A stretch of 64,000 nt of DNA from NCBI GenBank assembly GCA_951812775.1, contig OX638326.1, forward strand, positions 216,151 to 280,150, read 5' to 3'. Shown here in pieces: positions 41,846-52,711 of this stretch (position 1 is its first letter; the number at the start of each line of letters is the position of its first letter). The position numbers and the translations under genes are program-made. Source of the stretch: an uncultured Alphaproteobacteria bacterium (GTDB taxonomy: Bacteria > Pseudomonadota > Alphaproteobacteria > MPNO01 > UBA2964). A model generated the notes under the pieces. The model did no database searches. It was given only the letters and a program-made list of their open reading frames with translations, and had not been told where the DNA came from.

Positions 41846-41998
41846 CGTGATCGTCCTTGTTTTCATCGACTTAGGGTACTGTCTCGCAACTCTATCGTAG
41901 TTGCAAGATATCCACCGATAACTGTAAGGAGCAGGTGTCTCCACCCGGCGATTCAGGTATGATGGACCCTCAGAAATTGAGATGAAAAAGAGGATGTC

Positions 41999-42469
41999 AT
42001 GCCTGGCTCAGTAAACAAGGTAATCCTGATCGGCAATCTCGGGCGCGACCCCGAAAGCCGGACCATGCAGGACGGTAATCCGGTCGTGAGCCTTTCGCTC
42101 GCTACCACAGAAAGCTGGCGTGACCGGAATTCCGGTGAGCGTCGGGAACGGACCGAATGGCACCGGGTTGTAATCTTCAACGATAAACTTGGCGAAATTG
42201 CCCGGAAGTATCTCACCAAAGGCTCAAAGGTTTACCTGGAGGGGCAACTCCAGACCCGGAAATGGACCGACCAGGCCGGTCAGGAAAAATATACCACCGA
42301 GGTCGTTTTGCAGAGATACCGTGGTGAACTGACGATGCTGGGTGGCCGCAGCGACTCTGCGGGAGGCGGCGATTACGGCGGATCAGGTGAAATGTCCGCT
42401 TCCGGCACTGCCCCGGACGCCATTGGCAGTGGCACTGGTGCGGATTTGGATGACGAAATCCCGTTTTAG
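41999..42469 (+). CDS. ssb: Single-stranded DNA-binding protein
   Basis: [17 protein letters not shown], the OB fold, a Gly-rich linker and the C-terminal acidic tip DDEIPF are present. Confidence 0.95.
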   Translation: MPGSVNKVILIGNLGRDPESRTMQDGNPVVSLSLATTESWRDRNSGERRERTEWHRVVIFNDKLGEIARKYLTKGSKVYLEGQLQTRKWTDQAGQEKYTTEVVLQRYRGELTMLGGRSDSAGGGDYGGSGEMSASGTAPDAIGSGTGADLDDEIPF

Positions 42470-42648
42470 ACGGATCCACAATCAGGAAATAAATGTTCAG
42501 GGAAATTATTTAGTTTTCCTCTAAAAAACATTTCTAATTGACTGATTTTAAACTATTTTTTAGCCATCAATTCATCGGGCGTTTAGTTGTCCGATTCTCT
42601 CCTTTCTGGTAAATCTTCTCAGTTAAACAGACTGTCAGACTCGACCGT

Positions 42649-45522
42649 TTGTTCACCAGAAACAATCGCCCGGCGAACAAAATTTTGACCTCCGAAACAT
42701 TACCGCCTGAACCGCCAGATTTCGATATTACGCCGATAGCAATCGAAGACGAGATGAAATCCTCTTACCTCGATTATGCGATGAGCGTTATCGTCAGTCG
42801 CGCCCTTCCCGATGTTCGGGATGGATTGAAACCGGTTCATCGCAGAATTCTGTTTGCAATGAAGGAGGAAGGGTACGACTGGAACCGTGCCTACCGTAAA
42901 TCTGCCCGCGTCGTTGGTGACGTTATGGGTAAATATCATCCGCATGGTGATACCGCGATTTATGATGCCATGGTCCGGATGGCCCAGGACTTCTCGATGC
43001 GGCTTATGCTGGTCGACGGGCAGGGTAATTTCGGATCAATGGACGGCGATCGTGCAGCGGCAATGCGCTACACCGAGGTTCGTCTCCATCGTGCTTCCGA
43101 AGAACTCCTGGAAGACATTGATCGCGAGACGGTTGATTTTCAGGCAAACTACGACGAAACAATCCACGAACCTAAGGTTCTCCCGGCGCGTTTTCCCAAC
43201 CTTTTGGTCAATGGTGCCGGCGGCATCGCTGTTGGTATGGCGACCAATATCCCGACCCACAACCTGGGCGAAGTGATAGATGGCTGCTGCGCGCTTTTGG
43301 ATAATCCTGATCTAACCATCAACGAACTTATTGAAATCATTCCTGGCCCCGATTTCCCAACCGGTGGGTTGATCATGGGACGGAGTGGGATCAACCAGGC
43401 CTATCACACCGGGCGGGGCTCGGTGGTTATCCGTGGTCGGACAAAAATTGAGGAAATTCGTAAGGACCGCGAAGCAATCATCGTCACGGAAATTCCCTAT
43501 CAGGTAAATAAAGCGCGAATGATTGAGCGCATTGCCGAAATGGTGCGGGATAAGCGGATTGAAGGTATTTCTGATATTCGTGACGAATCCGACCGCGATG
43601 GTGTTCGCGTCGTTGTTGAGATCAAGCGCGACCATATGGCTGAAGTGGTTCTCAACCAGCTCTTCCGTTACACGCCACTGCAGACCAGCTTTGGCATTAA
43701 CATGCTGGCCCTAAATGGTGGCCGTCCGGAACAAATGACAGTTCGGGATGTTCTGGTTGCCTTTATCGCTTTCCGCGAAGAAGTTATTACCCGACGGACC
43801 GTTTATGAACTGGGCAAGGCCAGAGATCGTGCTCATGTCTTGGTTGGTCTGGCGATTGCAGTTGCCAATATCGACAAGGTCATTGAACTTATCCGCGCGG
43901 CACCGGACCCGGTAACTGCCCGTGAAGGGTTGATGAAAACGCCTTGGCCAGCGGGTGATGTAGAACCGCTCATCGAATTGATTGACGAACCCGGCCGCAC
44001 TGTTGTTGACGGGAAATACCAGCTTTCCGAAATTCAGGCGCGCGCCATTCTGGATTTGCGCCTGCAAAGGCTGACAGGACTGGAACGCGGTAAAATCGCA
44101 GAAGAGCTCGAAGGCCTTGCTGCCGAAATAACAGAATATCTCAGCGTGTTGGCATCTCGCGACAAAGTCCGCGCGATTCTAAAAGACGAGCTTCTCGAAG
44201 TACGCGAGAAATTTGCCGATGATCGCCGGACGACCATTGATGACTCCGAATTTGAAGCGGATATTGAAGATCTGATTCAACGCGAAGATATGGTCGTCAC
44301 CGTTACTCATGGCGGCTACATCAAACGGGTACCGGTTTCGACCTATCGGGCGCAACGCCGTGGCGGCAAGGGCCGATCTGGAATGGCAACCAGAGACGAG
44401 GATTTTGTCTCCAGTGTTTATGTTGTGAATACGCATACACCTGTTCTGTTCTTCTCGTCACGCGGCATGGTCTACAAGCTAAAGGTCTACAAGGTGCCAC
44501 TAGGAACACCGCAGGCCCGAGGTAAGGCACTGGTAAATCTCCTTCCATTGGACGAAGGCGAAACCATCACGACATTAATGCCCCTGCCAGAGGACGAATC
44601 TGCCTACGAAGAACTCGACGTGATGTTTGCAACGGCAAGCGGTTCGGTAAGACGGAACAAGCTAAGCGATTTCGTGAATGTCATGGCCAACGGCAAAATC
44701 GCCATGAAATTGAATGACGGCGACCATCTCGTTGGTGTTTCGGTTTGCGATGCCGATCAGGATGTCCTGCTGTCAACGGCCAAGGGCAAATGCATCAGGT
44801 TCCCAACCACAGATGTCAGACTGTTTGCTGGACGGGCATCGAGTGGTGTTCGAGGCATACGTTTGGCCCCGGGCGACAATGTTATGTCTATGTCGACCTT
44901 AAACCATGCTGCCTTCTCAATCGAAGAGAGAGACGCATATTTACGCCGTCGTCGTGCGGAACGTGTCGAAAACGACGCCGCCGCAGAAGCAAATGGTAAC
45001 GGCCATAGTGAAAACAGCGAAGCCATCACGCTAACGGATGAACGCTATGCGGAAATGGTGGCGATGGATCAGTTCATTCTTACCCTTGCCGTAAATGGTT
45101 ATGGAAAACGGACATCCTCATACGAGTATACAGTCCGCAAAAGAGGCGGGCAGGGCATTGCCAATATCGACCTCTCAGTGAAGGACAATACCGTCGTCGC
45201 TTCGTTCCCGGTGGTTGATAGTGATCAACTGGTTCTCGTCACTGATAATGGGCAAATGATCCGTACCGGTATTAATGAAATACGGTTTGCCGGACGGTCT
45301 ACGCGTGGTGTTATTGTTTTCCGGGTCGCCGATAAAGAACATGTCGTGTCCGTCAGTCGTCTGTCGGATGTCGAAGAAGGCGATGAAGAAGATGAAGTCG
45401 TCGAGGGGGAGAGCAATCAGCCGGTCGCCGAAGTAACAGAGGAAGCAGTGCCTGCGCCTGAAGAAGCAGAGGGGGCTGAAGCAGAAGAGCCCGAGGAAGA
45501 AGGCGGAGAAGAAAATGTCTGA
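42649..45522 (+). CDS. gyrA: DNA gyrase subunit A
   Basis: [43 protein letters not shown] (catalytic Tyr), the beta-pinwheel CTD and an acidic tail are present. The start codon is uncertain: TTG at 42649 or 42685, with no upstream ATG. Confidence 0.95.
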   Translation: MFTRNNRPANKILTSETLPPEPPDFDITPIAIEDEMKSSYLDYAMSVIVSRALPDVRDGLKPVHRRILFAMKEEGYDWNRAYRKSARVVGDVMGKYHPHGDTAIYDAMVRMAQDFSMRLMLVDGQGNFGSMDGDRAAAMRYTEVRLHRASEELLEDIDRETVDFQANYDETIHEPKVLPARFPNLLVNGAGGIAVGMATNIPTHNLGEVIDGCCALLDNPDLTINELIEIIPGPDFPTGGLIMGRSGINQAYHTGRGSVVIRGRTKIEEIRKDREAIIVTEIPYQVNKARMIERIAEMVRDKRIEGISDIRDESDRDGVRVVVEIKRDHMAEVVLNQLFRYTPLQTSFGINMLALNGGRPEQMTVRDVLVAFIAFREEVITRRTVYELGKARDRAHVLVGLAIAVANIDKVIELIRAAPDPVTAREGLMKTPWPAGDVEPLIELIDEPGRTVVDGKYQLSEIQARAILDLRLQRLTGLERGKIAEELEGLAAEITEYLSVLASRDKVRAILKDELLEVREKFADDRRTTIDDSEFEADIEDLIQREDMVVTVTHGGYIKRVPVSTYRAQRRGGKGRSGMATRDEDFVSSVYVVNTHTPVLFFSSRGMVYKLKVYKVPLGTPQARGKALVNLLPLDEGETITTLMPLPEDESAYEELDVMFATASGSVRRNKLSDFVNVMANGKIAMKLNDGDHLVGVSVCDADQDVLLSTAKGKCIRFPTTDVRLFAGRASSGVRGIRLAPGDNVMSMSTLNHAAFSIEERDAYLRRRRAERVENDAAAEANGNGHSENSEAITLTDERYAEMVAMDQFILTLAVNGYGKRTSSYEYTVRKRGGQGIANIDLSVKDNTVVASFPVVDSDQLVLVTDNGQMIRTGINEIRFAGRSTRGVIVFRVADKEHVVSVSRLSDVEEGDEEDEVVEGESNQPVAEVTEEAVPAPEEAEGAEAEEPEEEGGEENV

Positions 45523-46018
45523 TCCTTTGGTCGGCATTTACCCGGGCACATTTGACCCCATTACCAACGGACATACCGATGTAATCCAGCGGGCAGCGAG
45601 GATGCTCGACAAACTCGTTGTCGGCGTCGCGATAAATGCAGGTAAAGGACCTCTTTTTTCGCTTGAAGAGCGCCTCGAGATGGTTCGGGTGGAAGCTGCC
45701 GAAATGGGTGATGTCGGCAAGCGTATTGAAGTGCGTGGTTTTGACAATCTTCTGGTTGATTTTGCCAAAGACAATGGTGCCAGTGTGATCATAAGGGGGC
45801 TGCGAGCAGTCTCTGACTTCGATTATGAATTCCAAATGGCAAGCATGAACGCGAAACTGGCCCCTGATGTCGAAACTGTTTGCCTTATGGCTTCAGATCG
45901 CCACCAGTTTATCGCATCCCGCCTCGTAAAGGAGATTGCGATTCTTGACGGTGATGTCGCGCAGTTTGTATCGCCACGCGTTCGCACATTACTTGAGGAA
46001 AAAGTTAAGAACAGATAG
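45515..46018 (+). CDS. coaD: Pantetheine-phosphate adenylyltransferase
   Basis: [18 protein letters not shown] and [16 protein letters not shown] are present. The start overlaps the gyrA stop by 8 nt. Confidence 0.93.
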   Translation: MSDPLVGIYPGTFDPITNGHTDVIQRAARMLDKLVVGVAINAGKGPLFSLEERLEMVRVEAAEMGDVGKRIEVRGFDNLLVDFAKDNGASVIIRGLRAVSDFDYEFQMASMNAKLAPDVETVCLMASDRHQFIASRLVKEIAILDGDVAQFVSPRVRTLLEEKVKNR

Positions 46019-46103
46019 GGATTTTCCCAGCTTTCTATTGACCATACGCGGTGGCCCACATATTGTGCGCCGCCGTCGATTTTTTACGATGGTTACACAT
46101 CGG

Positions 46104-46180
46104 GCGCCCGTAGCTCAGCCCGGTAGAGCAGTTGACTTTTAATCAATTGGTCGCAGGTTCAAATCCTGCCGGGCGCACCA
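46104..46180 (+). tRNA. tRNA-Lys (anticodon UUU), CCA encoded
   Basis: I folded it by hand: acceptor GCGCCCG/CGGGCGC, D arm GCTC-AGCCCGGTA-GAGC, anticodon arm GTTGA-CTTTTAA-TCAAT, T arm GCAGG-TTCAAAT-CCTGC, discriminator A plus CCA. Confidence 0.9.
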
Positions 46181-46332
46181 TTTAATTTTCTAATATCCAC
46201 AAACGTGGCTAAGCCGCTACCGAGTTTTCTTTGGCTACAAACAACCTGAGGATATGTCTTAGAATTAACCTACAAACCATCCAAAGACAGCAACTAAGGT
46301 ACATTCGTCGTTCTCCAATCTCGCCTCGGTTT

Positions 46333-46815
46333 TCAGGAACCTTTCGCTGAAACGTGAGCAGAGGCGTAATCTTTAAGTGTCGCAAAGATTAGTACTCCAT
46401 AACCAAATAGCATGATGTAGCCCCGGATCCTGTGCGACCATTCCCACTGGTCACGATAGTTCGCCCAATCAACTGGTGGTGCGCTCCACGATTTGACAGC
46501 ATCATTCACCGGATCCAAATATAACCCAAAAATAATCAGAGGAATTAAGACGGTAACGCCTACGAACAGGTGTAAATACCTCTGGAGGGGTACTTTAAAT
46601 CGGATGATCGCGATACCAAATGCGCTGAGCATCGCCCCCATTTCAATAGGGCCAAGAATCCTCCCAAAACCTTGATATATGTTTTTCTGAACGATGAAAT
46701 ACTCGTTCATTGCCAATGCCATTTTGTTTGGATAATGCAACTCATGTCCGAACGAAACGCCAACTGCAATGCCCATTAACAGAAGTGCTACAAACCTAAT
46801 TGTAAAAACCATCAC
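46333..46815 (-). CDS. Four-TM membrane protein, possibly DUF1772/anthrone-oxygenase-like
   Basis: The call rests on the hydrophobic helix pattern and a C-proximal W..P..W...RD.W motif. The family assignment is tentative. Confidence 0.4.
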   Translation of the reverse strand: MMVFTIRFVALLLMGIAVGVSFGHELHYPNKMALAMNEYFIVQKNIYQGFGRILGPIEMGAMLSAFGIAIIRFKVPLQRYLHLFVGVTVLIPLIIFGLYLDPVNDAVKSWSAPPVDWANYRDQWEWSHRIRGYIMLFGYGVLIFATLKDYASAHVSAKGS

Positions 46816-46989
46816 AGCCTCCCATCCGTTATGAATGGTCTAACGCGTTTTTTTTCAGCGAATCTTTATTTTCTAATCCAAGAATAACAATCGGTTCGAC
46901 TGAAGATGAAATTACGTGATCGGAATTTGTGTAGACCCCGCATTTACCTTTAGGGTACTCGCTAGAGCCATTTAAGCCATGGATTTGTG

Positions 46990-47787
46990 ATGTTCGCCAA
47001 AATTAATCACGTCGCCATTATGTCGCGCACTTTTGCGCTGCAGGCACAATTTTATGAAATTCTGTTTGGCATGAAACGGGCGGAGGGGCCGTCACAAGGT
47101 GCGATCACCGTTGGGGATGGCTATGTCAGGCTGAACATCAACCCCCGTAAGCCGGGCCGTCCAGGTGGTCTCGATCATTTTGGCGTGCAGGTGGAAGATG
47201 TCAAGAGTGTCTTTGCGCGAATGGAGAAATACCCTGAAGTAAAATGGCTCAAACGGCCAAGCAGCCGTCCCTTTGCCGGCATCACAACTCATGACCCTGA
47301 TGGCAATCTGTTTGACCTGTCGCAGGCAGATATGAGCAATCGCAAAGGCATCTATACCGCAGGCGAATGGGAACAGGATCGCTATATCACCCATTTTGCA
47401 CTACGAACGCTCAACCCGGAGAAATGTGCAGGGTTTTACTGCGACGTTTTAGAACTCAGTCTCGCTAATCGGGAAGAGGGGGATGAGAATTACTACGTCA
47501 CAGACGGGCGCGTAACCATTGTTCTTGCACCCTGGGATATCACCAACTACGCCAATACCGGCATCTCCCGCGCCGGTCCTGACCATTTCGCTTTTAAGGT
47601 AGAAAGTCTCAATGTCTTTAAAGACAGCTATCAGGCCATGATTGATCGCAATCTAACCCTTATCCCACAGCCGGTGGGCATGGGACCTGAAGGAAAGGCG
47701 CGCTTGGAGTTCCTGACAAGGATCGCGCCCTACACACAACATCATCTTGCTGACCATGACAGCGTTCTGATAGGCGTCTCCGAATAA
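46990..47787 (+). CDS. VOC (glyoxalase/bleomycin resistance/extradiol dioxygenase) family protein, two-domain
   Basis: INHVAIMSRTFALQAQFYEILFGMK ... LDHFGVQVED is repeated as ITHFALRTLNPEKCAGFYCDVLEL ... PDHFAFKVES. Confidence 0.75.
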   Translation: MFAKINHVAIMSRTFALQAQFYEILFGMKRAEGPSQGAITVGDGYVRLNINPRKPGRPGGLDHFGVQVEDVKSVFARMEKYPEVKWLKRPSSRPFAGITTHDPDGNLFDLSQADMSNRKGIYTAGEWEQDRYITHFALRTLNPEKCAGFYCDVLELSLANREEGDENYYVTDGRVTIVLAPWDITNYANTGISRAGPDHFAFKVESLNVFKDSYQAMIDRNLTLIPQPVGMGPEGKARLEFLTRIAPYTQHHLADHDSVLIGVSE

Positions 47788-47809
47788 AGGTCTATCGCCA
47801 GCCCCAGCT

Positions 47810-49324
47810 TTACTCAGCTGAATCTTCTTTTTCAAAAACGATAACACCCGGTGCCTCGCCCGGCAGATCCAGCTCTTTCCAGTTTGCGGCCACCTTGTCA
47901 TAGACAGACTTCCGTAACACCGTTCGGTTGGGAAATTTGTCCCGATGTTTGTGGTTCTTACAGGCATTGATCAGGGCTTTTGATCCATACGGCCGCAAGG
48001 AGGGTTCGCCCTGACTTGGGTCAAGCGGCGTACTCCAGGTATTGCGCAGAATATCGATATCATCGATTGGATTACTTCGACTGCCGAGCGCCCATAGAAC
48101 TTCATCCATATTGGAGGGATCGACGTCTTCATCGACAGCGACAATCCATTTGGTAAAGAACGCGCCACCAGGAACCTGTGCTGCGAGTGAAAGAGCCTGT
48201 GCGGCGTGGCCAGCATAGCGTTGTTCGAGGCTTACGACGGTCAACCCATAACCGCCAGCGGAAGCCGGGTGGGCATATACCCCTGCGATTCCCGGAACAC
48301 CAAGCTTGTCGAGATCGTCCCAGATTTTGGCGGATCGAATAATGGCGAAAAACCCGCTTTGTTCGCAGGATGGATAATCAGCCATCAGCGCATTCGTCAA
48401 AATGGGATTATCGCGATAATGAATGGCCGTAACCCTTACCAGCGGTGCCTGACCAACCGGTGAGCCGTAATAGCCAGTAAACTCGCCGAATGGTCCTTCT
48501 GCACGGACCGCTTGGGGTTCAATAACACCCTCGATCATCAAATCAGCGTTAGCCGGGATCAACAAATCACTGTTTTTGGCTTTGACAACAGGGACCGCTT
48601 GGCCTTTCAACCCTCCAATATATTCGTATTCGGAAATGTTCTTGGGGAAGCCTTGCGAACCCACCAACATAAACAGGGGATCAACCCCCCATGCTGCCGC
48701 GACCGGAACTGATTCACCCTTTTCCCAGGAACGCTCAATATGCAGACGCGCGTCCTTTCCCGGCGATAAATGTAGACCAACCTCATTTTTGCTGTGTTGC
48801 ATCATTCGGTAGGTACCGACATTGAGATATCCGTTCTCCGGGTCGCGCGTAATCACGCAGTCACCGGTCCCCGCATATCGTCCGCCGTCAAGCGGCCAAT
48901 GGGTTGGTATTGGCAAGAGATCCAGATCAATATCATCGCCCGTCAGCGTATTCGCATAGATTGGTGCGTCATCGGCTGAGACTTCTTCCGGTGGGATGCG
49001 GTTGGCCATTTTGCCTTTGACACGCGTGATAAGCTCAATCGTTGGCGTGTCAGCCGGCTCTTCAAGGGTAATAGCGATCCGCTTTATGCTCGGGCCAACT
49101 AAATTCCATAAAAGCCGTGCTCCGATGGGATTGTTGTCATCAAACCCGTTCGGGCTTTCAAACAGAACGGTTGGGGAGGGCGTTTGCTTTCCCAAAAGAT
49201 AGGTGATCGCACCCATCTCTTCGTCCCGATCAACCGGCTTTGTTACGCGAACCAGTTCGCCGAGATCCTCTACATCGTCAATCCACTCGCGAAGATCCTG
49301 GATCGGTTGATTTCTGTTCGCCAT
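47810..49324 (-). CDS. UbiD-family (prFMN-dependent) decarboxylase
   Basis: The 504-aa protein has DLREWIDDVEDLGELVRV at the N-terminus, an overall UbiD pattern, and EGPFGEFTGYYG. Confidence 0.85.
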   Translation of the reverse strand: MANRNQPIQDLREWIDDVEDLGELVRVTKPVDRDEEMGAITYLLGKQTPSPTVLFESPNGFDDNNPIGARLLWNLVGPSIKRIAITLEEPADTPTIELITRVKGKMANRIPPEEVSADDAPIYANTLTGDDIDLDLLPIPTHWPLDGGRYAGTGDCVITRDPENGYLNVGTYRMMQHSKNEVGLHLSPGKDARLHIERSWEKGESVPVAAAWGVDPLFMLVGSQGFPKNISEYEYIGGLKGQAVPVVKAKNSDLLIPANADLMIEGVIEPQAVRAEGPFGEFTGYYGSPVGQAPLVRVTAIHYRDNPILTNALMADYPSCEQSGFFAIIRSAKIWDDLDKLGVPGIAGVYAHPASAGGYGLTVVSLEQRYAGHAAQALSLAAQVPGGAFFTKWIVAVDEDVDPSNMDEVLWALGSRSNPIDDIDILRNTWSTPLDPSQGEPSLRPYGSKALINACKNHKHRDKFPNRTVLRKSVYDKVAANWKELDLPGEAPGVIVFEKEDSAE

Positions 49325-49481
49325 TTACACAAGTCCTTGTATCTCAGACACGCCGCAGGGATTGCAGCGGGTGAATTATTCGGTGCGTGAAAATAGTCCG
49401 GCAATACCGGTTAGGTCCAGAGGTGTTGTAGTAAATAAAGCTGTTTCTCGCCCGCAAATTGGATTCGGGCGGTCTCAAAAT

Positions 49482-50262
49482 CTAATGAGAATTGCGCCTA
49501 CGGGCTGCTCCTAAACCGAGGAGGCCAACTGTAAAAACCAAAAGACTCTCCGGTTCAGGAATTGCCGTCTCTACATCACACGAAGTCGTCACAGAAAATG
49601 ATCCAAATTGTCCTAACGCCGAAGTACCGGCTACATCAACAGGGTCAAAGGATGTCCCGGTCCAGACGGTTGGAAAAAATGACAAAGAACCTGGGTCGAG
49701 AGTGCCTGTAAATGTGTTCGTGATAGAACCATCGCTGTAATCGATATCAATGTCGAAAATGGCGTTAGACCAGCTTGCAACCTGGTTAAAGACACCTGGG
49801 GGCAATTTCTTCGAATATTGCCGCGCTGCCGTTCCTGTAAATTCGGTTTTCGATCAACCCTGAAAAGGAAAGGTCAGCTGTTGAAGAGGTATTCAATGTA
49901 AAACCGTTAATACTAATATGCAGCGGACCAGCTAGGCCGAGCCCTTCACGACCATGCGGCTCCGGGAGAGTCGTTGCCGCAAACGGTGTCCCTGGTGAGT
50001 TGGCACCATGAGCCAACTCAACGCCCGTCGTGGTATTAAAGGCATCGGGACTCACTATGCGGGAGTAAGGGCCTGCAACACCGATCCCGGCATAAAACGA
50101 GTTCATGTGCGCTATTGAAGCCCTCGGTACAAAGGCATGCCCCAATAACCCTTGCCCGTCACCTGTCAGGCCCTGAAAATTTACGGTGACCGGCGCAGCA
50201 TGCACCGGTGCCGAAAAGATCGACAGCAAAAGGACAAAGATTGAAAGAAAACGCGATTTCAT
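49482..50262 (-). pseudogene. PEP-CTERM-anchored secreted protein, frameshifted at a C5 (G5 on + strand) run
   Basis: ORF 49786..50262 has a signal peptide (MKSRFLSIFVLLLSIFSAPVHA). ORF 49482..49805 ends with the PEP-CTERM motif IPEPESLLVFTVGLLGLGAARRRNSH. The two frames meet at the GGGGG run at 49798-49802. Confidence 0.75.
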
Positions 50263-50310
50263 AGTTTTATCTTATTAGCGGGGTACCGCTATAAATTGTA
50301 TAAGCCTTTG

Positions 50311-51204
50311 ATGTTTATGCCAATGCAAAAACCTAAATTCGTGAATGTCGATGGCATTCAAACCCGTTATTTCGAAGCAGGACAGGGCGATGACACCCTC
50401 GTACTTTTTCATGGCGGTAATATGGGCTCCGCAAATCTTGCTGAATGTGCTCTGGATTGGGAGCTCAATTTCAACAATCTCGCAGGGTTTTGCCGGGTAA
50501 TAGCAGTCGATAAATTAGGTCAAGGGTACACAGATAACCCATTGAAGGATATTGATTTTATGATGAATCAAACGGTGGAGCATGCTTATCGTTTTATGAC
50601 AGAGCTGGGGTTACGAAATGTCCATATTGCCGGACACTCACGCGGGGGATTTTTGGTTTGCCGTTTAGCTCTTGACCATCCGGAGCTCGTCAAATCCTGC
50701 GTAATTATTGACACAAATACCTTGGCGCCGGGCTCGCCCCGCAGTGCTCAAGTACTCGCCAACCCACCACATCCCAGATTAAGTCGGGAAAGCCAGCGCT
50801 GGATCATCGAACATTACTCCTTCAGTCCCACGCATATAACAACAGCGTGGCTTGACGCCGTAGTCGAAGTTGCAAAATTGCCTAAATCTATAGAGGCCCA
50901 CAGGAAAATGACTGCCGATGGGCTCAGTAAGAAACAATTCATGCCAAAGTTAGCGGAGGATAGGTCGAGAATATTCTCTGAACTAAGAGATAAAGGTATT
51001 ACGTGCCCAACTCTTGTCCTGTGGGGAAAGAACGACCCGACTGCGGTCCTCCAACAAGGAGAGATCATTTTTAATCTGATTGCGGCTCGTCAAAAACATA
51101 CGCAAATGGCCGTACTTAACCATGCGGGACATTTCTGTTTCCGAGAACAGCCAGACGCATTCAATGCCCGTTTAATGGGCTTTATCAATTCAATTGAAAA
51201 TTAG
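50311..51204 (+). CDS. Alpha/beta hydrolase (meta-cleavage-product hydrolase-like)
   Basis: It has the HGGN oxyanion region (LVLFHGGNMGS), a nucleophile elbow (AGHSRGG) and a C-terminal NHAGHFCFREQPDAF. The start is uncertain (TTG 50296, ATG 50311 or 50323). Confidence 0.8.
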   Translation: MFMPMQKPKFVNVDGIQTRYFEAGQGDDTLVLFHGGNMGSANLAECALDWELNFNNLAGFCRVIAVDKLGQGYTDNPLKDIDFMMNQTVEHAYRFMTELGLRNVHIAGHSRGGFLVCRLALDHPELVKSCVIIDTNTLAPGSPRSAQVLANPPHPRLSRESQRWIIEHYSFSPTHITTAWLDAVVEVAKLPKSIEAHRKMTADGLSKKQFMPKLAEDRSRIFSELRDKGITCPTLVLWGKNDPTAVLQQGEIIFNLIAARQKHTQMAVLNHAGHFCFREQPDAFNARLMGFINSIEN

Positions 51205-51303
51205 GAGCGTCAATTACAAACGCGGATTGACGAGACCGCTAACATTCGTCCGTTGGACGAATAGGTGAGGGGGCCAGTTTACACCAGCCCCGCATCAACC
51301 AAC

Positions 51304-51510
51304 TTATTTAACGACCAGGTTCTCGGCCGAAGATTTTCCGTTCTGGCCAGGGACCAGCTCGAACTCAACTTCCTGACCTTCATTCAAGGTCGACAAACCA
51401 GCGCGTTCAACCGCAGAAATATGCACAAACGCATCGCGGCTTCCATCGCTAGGCTCAATAAAACCGTAACCCTTGGTCGGATTAAACCATTTAACTTTTC
51501 CACTCGGCAT
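51304..51510 (-). CDS. cspA: Cold-shock protein (CspA family)
   Basis: [17 protein letters not shown] (RNP1) and DAFVHISA (RNP2) are present. Confidence 0.95.
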   Translation of the reverse strand: MPSGKVKWFNPTKGYGFIEPSDGSRDAFVHISAVERAGLSTLNEGQEVEFELVPGQNGKSSAENLVVK

Positions 51511-51802
51511 CTCAATAGTCCTTTCAAACGTCTTATATATGCGACGGCATATTTACCGTCACATGGTCTTGGTTCCACAATTTCTCAGTGTAGCTCAGCT
51601 AGCGGGCCTTCAAGCAATCCAGGGGTTAAGCCAGGATCATGTGTTACCTGAGCGTAGTTTTTCAGCATTCCGTTAATGATTGCAATATAATTCGCGGAAA
51701 CCGCCAATTATTTTTTTAAGACAGAATTTGGGTATTCCACATTTACATACTGAATCTTTAAGAGAAGAACACAAAATCCCTTTTAATTTCAGTTCGTTAC
51801 CA

Positions 51803-52318
51803 TTATTCCGCAGCAGCCGTCAGATATTTCTGTGCTTCATTTTTGACTCTGTCATATTGACCGTTTTGAGCGAGCTCCGGCTCATCATCCGCATAATCTT
51901 CCAATCCCTGTGCGCGGCGGTCTTCACCCCACTTCCGGATGAAATCTCGAATATCCTGCTCCGTCAGGATATATCGGAGCAACGAATTCTGAATTTCAAG
52001 CGGCGGCTCACCGTCTCCATCGTCAGAAATATCGCGACACACCGCCCGCAAATATTTCACGGCATCAAGAATTAGGGCTGCTTCTTCTTTGCTCCAATTC
52101 TTGTCCGGGGTGAAGCTGTTCGCTTGAAGTGCTTTGATTTGATTGAACGTAAGTGTCGCCGGCGTACCAACACGCGGCATCTCCGCCTGTTCCGCCTTGG
52201 GCTTGGGAACAATCGTTGCTGCTGGATCAGAGGTACTGGATCGTCTTTGATGAATTCGATAGAGAACCCATGCTCCCCATGCAAAGCCAAAAGCGATCAT
52301 TACAGTAGTGGGGTCCAT
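51803..52318 (-). CDS. Hypothetical protein with N-terminal TM anchor
   Basis: An ORF is the main support. It has an N-terminal hydrophobic helix (VMIAFGFAWGAWVLY) and an acidic C-terminal domain. I recognise no family. Confidence 0.4.
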   Translation of the reverse strand: MDPTTVMIAFGFAWGAWVLYRIHQRRSSTSDPAATIVPKPKAEQAEMPRVGTPATLTFNQIKALQANSFTPDKNWSKEEAALILDAVKYLRAVCRDISDDGDGEPPLEIQNSLLRYILTEQDIRDFIRKWGEDRRAQGLEDYADDEPELAQNGQYDRVKNEAQKYLTAAAE

Positions 52319-52402
52319 TTCCTTGCCCGGTCTTCAAGTTATTACGGGCGCAGAATGCTACGGTCAGAAAATCCGTGCAAGACGTCAAAAACCAAATAGT
52401 GA

Positions 52403-52711
52403 CTAAGTACGGGGTTGCCAGCAGTTATCCGGTGCAATCGCGCGCAAGGTAAAGTTCTTTGCTCCATTCATACCGTTGAGATGCAGAATGGGGCCAATCC
52501 GCTTAACGTGATATTGCGACGTTCCACCGGTCGGCCAGAATATTTTGAGATAGCGGCTGCCTTTACGCATTTCCCACGCTCCAAATGTCCGCTTTTGTTT
52601 TTCAACCTTGTTCTCATCATACTGGACCATGGAACCATTGCCGACGAAGTGGACTTTCAGATCAACACTGTCGCCTTTATCCGCATCGCCCCAACATCCC
52701 AACACAGTCAT
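52403..52711 (-). CDS. Hypothetical small protein, probably secreted (a signal-peptide-like in-frame extension up to 52825 lacks a canonical start)
   Basis: This is the track ORF from the ATG at 52711. The in-frame upstream sequence reads SRILSKALFLALTIGAVFSVSLPAHAQEDKKRN. Confidence 0.4.
   Translation of the reverse strand: MTVLGCWGDADKGDSVDLKVHFVGNGSMVQYDENKVEKQKRTFGAWEMRKGSRYLKIFWPTGGTSQYHVKRIGPILHLNGMNGAKNFTLRAIAPDNCWQPRT

Noticed and set aside
51588-51665. tRNA-like string gtagctcagctagcgggcc upstream of cspA
   Set aside because: It shares only a D-arm-like 10-mer with real tRNAs. No complementary D-stem, anticodon arm, T-arm (GGTTCGAAT-like) or acceptor pairing can be drawn.
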